From Clostridia bacterium (GTDB lineage: Bacteria; Bacillota; Clostridia; TANB77; CAG-508): a DNA stretch of 61,169 nt. The notes under the pieces are model-generated. The model did not search any database and was not told the DNA's origin. It was given only the letters and a program-made list of their open reading frames with translations. Position numbers and translations under genes: made by a program. The number at the start of each line of letters is the position of its first letter. Positions within the stretch are counted from its first letter, which is position 1. Below, one piece after another: positions 50,371 to 58,420 of this stretch. The stretch lies in assembly GCA_017886645.1 (NCBI GenBank), contig JAGHJM010000099.1, positions 1 to 61,169 on the forward strand, written 5' to 3'.

Positions 50371-51936
50371 TTATTCTTTTGATGAATTTACTAACATTGT
50401 TCTAGTTATTACAATATTATAAATTAATAATATTATAATACCCCAAACTATAACCATTCCAAAGCTAAATAATTGTAACCATTCTGTAAAACATAAAATT
50501 ACAGATATAATCATTAACGGAATCATTATAAATAGCATTGAAATAAGAACATTTTTAAAGTCAATTTCTAGTTCTATTTTTTCTTTATCTTCATAACCTT
50601 TTTTCATTGTTTGTAGTAAATAGAAAATAAATACAAAATTTACTATCATTGAAACAACAATTGCTAATAACCCGTCCAATGTTATATACACATATGCATA
50701 TCGTAATATAAGTAATAAACTTGCTATATATCCAACAACTGATATTGCTGCTAATAATCCATTTCTTCTATATTTTATTATCATAACTATTAATGTTATT
50801 ATTGTTATTACTCCAACAACTATTGCTGCTAAATATATTATTTCGTGTGGTATTTCTGATGATATATATCTATTTTCGTCTAAGTTATAAGATACTGGAA
50901 GTAATCCATATTTTAGTACTGATGTTATTCCTGCTGCTTGCATTATATTATTCTCTAAATCCGCTGTAGTAGTAGGAGTGCTACCAATATTTAGTTCCAA
51001 TCTTCCTGTTGTATTTTCTTGGCTAAAGTATGACTCTGTTAATACTTCATCATCTACTGATATTTGTACATTTTTTGTTGTATCATTTCCATCTGCATCT
51101 GTTGATTGTACGTATGTTGTACTTATTTCATTTAATTTTTGTTTACCTTCATCATTAAATTCTATTATAATATAGACTCCTGTGCCATAGCTTGTATAAG
51201 CATAATTAACATCTGTAATTTGTGTATAGTCTATTAGTACCTCATCTGTATCTGCATCTGTAATTTGAAATCTTCCTTGCATGTACATATATTCTGCTAT
51301 AGTATCTGTACGTGAGTTATCTGTCATGTCTAGTACAATAGAACCATTTCCTTCATTTAGTCCTATTGTATAATCATTTACTCCCATAAACTTTAATCTT
51401 TTTTCTATAATATCTTTTACTTCTTTATAATTTTCTGGAGTTCTTACATCTTCTGGGTTAATTGGTTCTTCTACTGTTGTAGTTTCATCCCCTTCTTCAT
51501 CAACCACATTTCCATCTTTATCATATATAACTGTATTAGTTGACTCATCTACAACTAAGCCTAATCTTCTATAACCTTCTAAATCAGTTCCTATTGTATA
51601 ATCTGGAATTAGATTTTCCATATTGTTTTTATATTGTACATAAATTCCACCAAAAGAAATAGCAGACATTAAAATAATTACTAATAAAGATAATGTAATT
51701 TTTAATCTTCTATCTAACTTTTTGTGTTCTTTTTTTTCATCTTTTTTCTTGTCTACATTTTTATTTTCTTTTTTCTTAAAAGTTTTACTTATACTTTTCT
51801 TCGAATCTTTACTTGTACTGCTTTTAGAAGTTTTAGTAGTATTAGTTTTCTTCTTTTTTTCTAATTCTTTATTTTCTTTACTTTTTTCTTGCTTTGTACT
51901 CTTTTTTTTATTTTCTTCCACTTTATTTGCCTCCAT
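50371..51936 (-). CDS. membrane protein, SecD-like architecture with a Lys-rich N-terminal extension
   Basis: A K/E/S/T-rich stretch of about 75 aa and one TM helix precede a large external domain containing IIEKRLKFMGVNDYTIG, which resembles SecD. About 6 TM helices follow. Confidence 0.35.
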   Translation of the reverse strand: MEANKVEENKKKSTKQEKSKENKELEKKKKTNTTKTSKSSTSKDSKKSISKTFKKKENKNVDKKKDEKKEHKKLDRRLKITLSLLVIILMSAISFGGIYVQYKNNMENLIPDYTIGTDLEGYRRLGLVVDESTNTVIYDKDGNVVDEEGDETTTVEEPINPEDVRTPENYKEVKDIIEKRLKFMGVNDYTIGLNEGNGSIVLDMTDNSRTDTIAEYMYMQGRFQITDADTDEVLIDYTQITDVNYAYTSYGTGVYIIIEFNDEGKQKLNEISTTYVQSTDADGNDTTKNVQISVDDEVLTESYFSQENTTGRLELNIGSTPTTTADLENNIMQAAGITSVLKYGLLPVSYNLDENRYISSEIPHEIIYLAAIVVGVITIITLIVMIIKYRRNGLLAAISVVGYIASLLLILRYAYVYITLDGLLAIVVSMIVNFVFIFYLLQTMKKGYEDKEKIELEIDFKNVLISMLFIMIPLMIISVILCFTEWLQLFSFGMVIVWGIIILLIYNIVITRTMLVNSSKE

Positions 51937-51938
51937 AA

Positions 51939-52598
51939 CTATAATAATTTTGTATCATTTATTATAAGTTCAAACCATACATCTAGATATTTAGCCGCAT
52001 ATTTGCTCATCATTGTTCTATCCATAAATATTTCAAAATAGTCTAGCACTGGTGATATTTTTGTATCTATTGTTAAATCTAAAGTTACTTTTCTTTCTTC
52101 TTTATTTACAATAAATTTAGATTCAGTAACCGCATAATTTACTTTATCGTGTTTGTCAAAACTAGAAATGTTTGGATTTGTAACTCTTGACCTATTAGCA
52201 TCTGATTTATCTGCTAATATTAGCGCTGCAGAAATATCACTAACAGCATTACCACTTTTTTCATCATGGTTTCCTATTGCAGTCATAATTTCTGTTCTTT
52301 TATTAGCTTCCATCCCCATATCTTTTAAAATTTGATATGCTAATATTGCTCCTGTATGTGCATGGTCTACTCTATTTATGCAATTACCTATATCGTGCAT
52401 ATATCCCGCAATTTTTGCTAATTCTATTCTTTCTTCTGTGTAGTCTAATGCCATTAAAACTTCTGCTGCTCTATCTGAAACAATAGTTGCATGCCTTACA
52501 GAATGTTCTGTATATCCAAGTGCATTTAATTGCTTTTGAGAACTTGATATAAGAGCTTTTACATCTTCGTTATTTTTAACATCTTCAAATGTTATCAT
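51939..52598 (-). CDS. HD-domain phosphohydrolase
   Basis: It carries HSVRHA, GYMHDIGN and GNHDE. Confidence 0.7.
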   Translation of the reverse strand: MITFEDVKNNEDVKALISSSQKQLNALGYTEHSVRHATIVSDRAAEVLMALDYTEERIELAKIAGYMHDIGNCINRVDHAHTGAILAYQILKDMGMEANKRTEIMTAIGNHDEKSGNAVSDISAALILADKSDANRSRVTNPNISSFDKHDKVNYAVTESKFIVNKEERKVTLDLTIDTKISPVLDYFEIFMDRTMMSKYAAKYLDVWFELIINDTKLL

Positions 52599-52676
52599 TT
52601 GTTTCCTCCATTCTAATAATTTGTATTTTATATTAAAACAATAAAAATATCAACTATTTATTGACAGTTTTTTATA

Positions 52677-55421
52677 TTATTTTACATCATACCAAGTTGT
52701 AGCTTCTGATGTTTCTACTTTAAGTGGTATATCAAGTTTAGTTGCGTTTTCCATACTATCTATTAATATTTCTTTTACTCGTTCCTTATCTTTTATTGAA
52801 CTTTCTATAATTAGTTCATCATGTATTTGCAATACTAATTTTGCTTCCAAATTTTCTTCTTTTAATCTATTAAATACATTTATCATTGCAATTTTCATTA
52901 TATCTGCGGCAGTTCCCTGAATAGGTGTATTCATTGCTGCCCTACTTCCGAATTGTCTTATCATGTAGTTATTTGATTTAAGTTCTGGAATATATCTTCT
53001 TCTATGGAATAAAGTTTCTACATATCCATCATTTTTTGCTTTTTCCACTATGCTATCCATAAATTCTTTTACACCACTATACTTATCTAAATACTGTTCT
53101 ATATATTGTTTTGCTTTTTTATTAGTAATTCCCAATTGTTGTGCTAATCCATAATCACTTATTCCATACACTATTCCAAAATTTACGGCTTTTGCTTCAC
53201 TTCTTTGCTCTTTAGTTACTTCTTCTATTGGAATTCCTAATACTTTAGATGCAGCTTGTTTGTGTATATCCTCATTATTTTTAAAAGCCTCTATCATATG
53301 TTTATCTTTTGAAATATGTGCTAAAACTCTTAACTCTATTTGTGAATAATCTGCATCAATAAATATTTTTCCATTTTCTGTTTTAAATGCTTTTCTTATT
53401 TGTTTTCCCTGTTCTACTCTTGTAGGTATGTTTTGTAAATTTGGCTCTGTACTACTTATTCTTCCGGTAGCAGTAATTGTTTGATGAAAATACGAATGAA
53501 TTCTATTTGTAGTTTTATTAATATAAGGAATTAATCCTTCTACATATGTTGAATTAAGTTTCATTAAACTTCTATATTCTAATATTTTTTCTATCACAGG
53601 ATGTTCACCTATAAGCCTTTCTAATATATCAGAATCTGTTGAATATCCAGTTTTTGTTTTTTTATAAACAGGTAATTTCAATTTTTCAAATAAGATTTTT
53701 CCTAATTGTTGTGTAGAATTGATATTAAACTCTTCATCAACCAACTTATATATTTCATCCTTCAAAGATTCTATCTGCTCTTTTAACTTATTTCCAAATG
53801 ATATTAGTTCCTCTTTATCAATTGGCATTCCCTCAAACTGCATTTCTCCTAATACTTCTACAAGTGGCATTTCTATATTATTAAATAGCTCCAGTAAATT
53901 CTCGTCTTTTAACTTTTGTATGGTTGTTTCATATACCTCACTTATGCAGTAACTGTATATGTCATTTTTTACCCTATCATAATTATTTTTCCCATCGTCT
54001 TCAGAAGAGAACAAATTTATTTGTTTGTTTTTTTCTTCTTCTATTCCTTTAGATTGCATATATTCATCAATATAAATATTGGCATATTCTATTGCTAAAT
54101 TTTCAAGGCTATATTTTGACTCTGTTGGGTTTAAATCATATGCTGCAATTTCAGCATCATAATAAATTGAATTTAAAGTTATTCCCATTTGCTTTAAAAT
54201 AACATAATCTTCACTTAATTTATGACCATATTTTTTTATGTCTTTGTCTTCAAATATCGGTTTAAAATATTCTATATATTTTTTAGTATCATCTATTTCT
54301 ATAGAATAAACTTTATTTTCATCTTTAATATAGATACTTATACATTTTATTTCTTTTGCAATAATATTTTCATTTTTATTTGGTGATTCTTTTTTTAATA
54401 AAGAAAAACATATTATTTTACTATTATTTATCTTTTTTATTATATTATCAATTTTTTGTTTTTCATTAATATTTATATTTTCTGTTTCAAACAACGTCTC
54501 TTTTTCTCTGCTACCTTTACTTTCTTTTAAGTTAAATCTCTCCATAAACCTATTAAAATTTAGCTCTTTAAATTTTTCTGCTACTTTTTCATTATTCCAC
54601 TCCTTAATTTTTAGCTCTTCTACCTTATTTTCTAAAGGGACATCTCTATTTATAGTACCCAAAGTTTTAGATAAATATGCCATTTCCTTATCATTAACCA
54701 ATTTCTCTTTAGTTTTTGGTTTTAATGTATCTTTTCCAGTCTCAATTGCTTTATACAACTCATCTATTGAACCATATGTTTTAATTAATTCTAATGCTGT
54801 TTTTTCACCAATTCCAGATACTCCTGGTATATTATCAGAAGTATCACCCATTAATCCTTTTACTTCAATCAATTGTATTGGCTTTACTCCATATTTTTCT
54901 ATAATTGCCTTTTCATCAAAATAATCCACCTCTGTTTTTCCAACTTTAGTATGAGGTATTCTTATTGTAACTTTATTTGATGCAAGTTGGAATGTATCTA
55001 TATCTCCCGAAACAATTACAACATCTATTCCTTCTTGTTCTGCTTTTTTAGATAGAGTTCCCAATATATCATCAGCTTCATAAGTCTCTTTTTCTATAAT
55101 CGTAATGTTCATGTCTTCTAAAATTTCTTTTACAATTGGCATTTGTTCTGCAAGTTCATTTGGCATACCCTTTCTATTTGCTTTATATCCTTCATACATC
55201 TTATGTCTTGCAGTAGGTGCTTTTAAATCAAATGCAACTGCTATATAACCTGGCTTTGTATCCTCTAATACTTTAAATAATATAGCTAAAAAACCATATA
55301 CTGCATTTGTATACTTTCCATCTTTAGTTGTTAACATTTTTGAACCCATAATTCCATAAAATGCTCTATTTAAAATGCTATTTCCATCAATTAAAACTAA
55401 TTTACTCATATTTTTCCTCAT
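52677..55421 (-). CDS. polA: DNA polymerase I
   Basis: It has a 5'-nuclease N-terminus (LIDGNS), DYSQIELRVLAH and QIHDELI. The start may instead be the ATG at 55409. Confidence 0.95.
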   Translation of the reverse strand: MRKNMSKLVLIDGNSILNRAFYGIMGSKMLTTKDGKYTNAVYGFLAILFKVLEDTKPGYIAVAFDLKAPTARHKMYEGYKANRKGMPNELAEQMPIVKEILEDMNITIIEKETYEADDILGTLSKKAEQEGIDVVIVSGDIDTFQLASNKVTIRIPHTKVGKTEVDYFDEKAIIEKYGVKPIQLIEVKGLMGDTSDNIPGVSGIGEKTALELIKTYGSIDELYKAIETGKDTLKPKTKEKLVNDKEMAYLSKTLGTINRDVPLENKVEELKIKEWNNEKVAEKFKELNFNRFMERFNLKESKGSREKETLFETENININEKQKIDNIIKKINNSKIICFSLLKKESPNKNENIIAKEIKCISIYIKDENKVYSIEIDDTKKYIEYFKPIFEDKDIKKYGHKLSEDYVILKQMGITLNSIYYDAEIAAYDLNPTESKYSLENLAIEYANIYIDEYMQSKGIEEEKNKQINLFSSEDDGKNNYDRVKNDIYSYCISEVYETTIQKLKDENLLELFNNIEMPLVEVLGEMQFEGMPIDKEELISFGNKLKEQIESLKDEIYKLVDEEFNINSTQQLGKILFEKLKLPVYKKTKTGYSTDSDILERLIGEHPVIEKILEYRSLMKLNSTYVEGLIPYINKTTNRIHSYFHQTITATGRISSTEPNLQNIPTRVEQGKQIRKAFKTENGKIFIDADYSQIELRVLAHISKDKHMIEAFKNNEDIHKQAASKVLGIPIEEVTKEQRSEAKAVNFGIVYGISDYGLAQQLGITNKKAKQYIEQYLDKYSGVKEFMDSIVEKAKNDGYVETLFHRRRYIPELKSNNYMIRQFGSRAAMNTPIQGTAADIMKIAMINVFNRLKEENLEAKLVLQIHDELIIESSIKDKERVKEILIDSMENATKLDIPLKVETSEATTWYDVK

Positions 55422-55540
55422 CTCCTAATGCATTTTTATTTATTAAATGTTTCCCTTTGGTTTCCTGAAAAAAACAAATCGTTACCCTCTTCCATTTTTT
55501 CCTCCTTATGAACTCATTCAGTTCATTTTTTATGTTAATT

Positions 55541-56764
55541 TTATATTTCTATACCTAATTCTTTTTCTACATTTATTATGTCTAGTTCACTAATTTCTTT
55601 ATATTCTTTAGTTCTATAATCAAATTCATAATATTTTTTATTTTCATTATCTTCATCTATTTTAAACACAATTTTCCTTGGCAATTCTTTTGTATCTTCA
55701 TATGCATAACTAGCTACTTTTACTCTTTTGGCAAATTCTATATCAGTACTTTTTGATAATATCCATCTAATTATTTCAACATAATCTGCATCTGTTGGTC
55801 TTCCTATTGTTTTTATATTTTTTATTCTTTCAATAAAATTTATTACTTTTTCATCAAAAGTACTTCCTTCTAAATCATTTGCAAGTTTGCTTAAAATCTC
55901 ATCTGTATAATCTCCTCCGAATTTTTCCAAGTAATCTATACATTGGTCTATTTCTTTTATTTCTTCACTATCTAAACTTGCAAATTCATATTCATCCGCT
56001 TCTGTTTGTTTTAAATCGTGAGAATTTTTTTCAAATTCTTCTTTTGGAATAGCAAAGTTTCTAGTTTTCAAACCAAACTTTAATCTTGTTGCATCATAAG
56101 TAGGATCTGTTAAATAATCTTCTCCATTAGAATCACTTATCATTACATAATCGTGGTCATCTTCTGATAAGATAGTACTATCTAAGCCACATTTATAGCA
56201 TAAATAATCATATATTGCTGCAAATGAGGCACATATTCCCCAATTTTTTGAAATTGATGTAAATATATTTCTTGAATATTTTTCATGAAAGTTTGCATTA
56301 ATTGTATGTTGTAATACATTTAAATCATATGAAAGGATTATACCTGTTTGATTATATAAATATTTATATTTTTGTAAGTCTGTCCATTCTGGATTTATTC
56401 CATCTATAATACTATCAAATATTTTTTCTCCTTCAAAAAATTCATCTGGACTTATTGGTACTATTTTATTTCCTCCTGGCTTTTCAGTTTTAAATCTGAC
56501 TTTAAACTCAGGTGCCATTCTTTTTATAACTTCCATAATACTTGCACTTGGTATATATATGCTTATTAGTATAGGAGAAATGTATTGTTTAAAATTCACA
56601 AGTATATATTCTAATTCCTGTTCTGTAAGGGTATCTATATCTTCAAGTACAGAATTTCTAACTATTATTCTTCCATTTTTCTTTATATCAATTTGTCCTT
56701 GAAAAGAAGTAATTTGTGGTAATTTTTCTGATTTATCTAGATCTATAAGTATTTTATTATCCAT
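55541..56764 (-). CDS. transglutaminase-like (papain-fold Cys-His-Asp) domain protein
   Basis: It has WGICASFAAIYDYLC, then DHDYV, then TDPTYD, with the order and spacing of the catalytic triad. GGGAGG precedes the ATG. Confidence 0.5.
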   Translation of the reverse strand: MDNKILIDLDKSEKLPQITSFQGQIDIKKNGRIIVRNSVLEDIDTLTEQELEYILVNFKQYISPILISIYIPSASIMEVIKRMAPEFKVRFKTEKPGGNKIVPISPDEFFEGEKIFDSIIDGINPEWTDLQKYKYLYNQTGIILSYDLNVLQHTINANFHEKYSRNIFTSISKNWGICASFAAIYDYLCYKCGLDSTILSEDDHDYVMISDSNGEDYLTDPTYDATRLKFGLKTRNFAIPKEEFEKNSHDLKQTEADEYEFASLDSEEIKEIDQCIDYLEKFGGDYTDEILSKLANDLEGSTFDEKVINFIERIKNIKTIGRPTDADYVEIIRWILSKSTDIEFAKRVKVASYAYEDTKELPRKIVFKIDEDNENKKYYEFDYRTKEYKEISELDIINVEKELGIEI

Positions 56765-56851
56765 ACATACTCCTCCCTTATGAACTTTAGATACGTTTTT
56801 TAAAGTTCATAATAAATAGTCAATTACTTAATTGTAATTTAGTTAATTATA

Positions 56852-57790
56852 CTACAATTTAGGATTATATTTTTCTCTTAAAATTAATGTCATATCTTTT
56901 CTTTGGATTATTCTATTTATTTTTGCTATATTATTTTTTTCAAATTTATACCCAAATGTTTTTATTACAAATTGTTTACTTTCTTCATCTGCTGGAAGTA
57001 CAATTATATATCCGTTTAAAATATCCACACAATTTGTAAAAATATAATCTATTTTCTTTTCTTCTTTTACAGTCTTCATAATATTTAAAATTTGATCTTT
57101 TTTTTCTTTTAAAAATTCCTCTAAATTTGCCACCTCTAATTGCCCTACAATAACATTAAAATTAGGAAAAGTATTTGGAATTTCACATTCCATTTCTGCA
57201 CGTAAATTACAATCTTCAATAATAGATTTTTTAATAAATATTTCTTTTATCTTTTCATTAGAAATATCTTTACAAATACTTTGTAGCCATTTACAAGCTT
57301 CTATATCTCTTTGTTTTGTAATATTAGATTTTAAATTAATGCTATTTGATATTATTCCATAAAATAATAATATAGCGGATTCTTTAGAAGGTATTAAGCC
57401 TGCTTCTATATACCTTTCTGTAACTATCGTAGCTGCTGCACCAATTTTATCTATTTGAAGTCTTTGAAGTGATGTATAACTCTGAAGCCATTTACTTAAT
57501 CCATGATGGTCTATAATTTCTATTACTTGATTTGTTTCTATTTTTTTATGTAATTGTTCTTTACCATTTAAGTCAACAATTACAAATTTACTATTTTCTT
57601 CAACATCTTCTTCTTTTAGAGATGATAACTCTATTCCAAACATTTTACAAACAATACTAACTTCCTGCTTTGGATTACCCCAAATAAAATACTCTGCCTC
57701 TTCACCTATTCTATTTAGTAACTCTGAATATGCATACATACATGCTACTCCATCTAAATCTGGATCACAATATGATGTTACTATTTTCAT
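56852..57790 (-). CDS. DHH/DHHA2-family phosphoesterase, family II inorganic pyrophosphatase-like
   Basis: It carries CDPDLDG, VIVDLNG and IIDHHG, and a DHHA2-like C-terminus (VGQLEVANLEEF..FTNCVDILNG). The first His of the PpaC motif is replaced by Cys. Confidence 0.65.
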   Translation of the reverse strand: MKIVTSYCDPDLDGVACMYAYSELLNRIGEEAEYFIWGNPKQEVSIVCKMFGIELSSLKEEDVEENSKFVIVDLNGKEQLHKKIETNQVIEIIDHHGLSKWLQSYTSLQRLQIDKIGAAATIVTERYIEAGLIPSKESAILLFYGIISNSINLKSNITKQRDIEACKWLQSICKDISNEKIKEIFIKKSIIEDCNLRAEMECEIPNTFPNFNVIVGQLEVANLEEFLKEKKDQILNIMKTVKEEKKIDYIFTNCVDILNGYIIVLPADEESKQFVIKTFGYKFEKNNIAKINRIIQRKDMTLILREKYNPKL

Positions 57791-57880
57791 TTTTACCTCC
57801 TAATTTTTGTTATTATCTTTGTGCATAACATCTTTTAAAGCTATTATATTCTTAGCAAGTATATAACTATAGTTTTTCTA

Positions 57881-58420
57881 TCATTTTACTTTTTTAAATA
57901 AATTTATTAATTTCAAATATATCTTTTTATACCATTTCTCTTTTTGTAAGACTATTGACATATTTTCTTGCTTTTTTGAGTCACTCTCTTTTTGGTTTTC
58001 TTTTGTAATTTCTTTTTTAAATAAATCAATATTGCAAAATTCTTCCTTTTTTAATTTTTCTTTCTTTCTCCAGTTATTGTAAATTACATTTTCTAAATAT
58101 TTTTTCTCTTTTTCTGAATCGCACCAATAGTTATGATATAGATAATAAATCATAGAAATTGCCTCATTACTAACTCCTTGAGTTTTTAGTGAATTTTTTA
58201 AATTATATCTTTGAATATTATATTTCTTTTTGCCATTATTTATTGTAAATGACATATTTTTTATAATATTGTTTAATATTTCCTTAGGTAACTTATTTAT
58301 GAAATCATTTTCAAGAGTTATTAATATACTGTACACTTCATCGTAAGGATTCTGTTTACTTTTTTCTATAATATTACTTTCCATAAAACTATTATAACAC
58401 CTCTCATTCACTATCTGCAT
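57881..58420 (-). CDS. hypothetical Lys-rich protein
   Basis: The ATG at 58420 overlaps the upstream stop by 17 nt, and an alternative ATG lies at 58384. I did not recognise a family. Confidence 0.4.
   Translation of the reverse strand: MQIVNERCYNSFMESNIIEKSKQNPYDEVYSILITLENDFINKLPKEILNNIIKNMSFTINNGKKKYNIQRYNLKNSLKTQGVSNEAISMIYYLYHNYWCDSEKEKKYLENVIYNNWRKKEKLKKEEFCNIDLFKKEITKENQKESDSKKQENMSIVLQKEKWYKKIYLKLINLFKKVK

Noticed and set aside
56852-57790. The DHH protein might be a cyclic-dinucleotide or nanoRNA phosphodiesterase in a signalling system.
   Set aside because: The C-terminal domain looks like DHHA2 (PpaC-type) and has no GGGH DHHA1 motif, so an ordinary family II pyrophosphatase is the more economical reading. 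The variant metal-ligand motif is noted in the findings.
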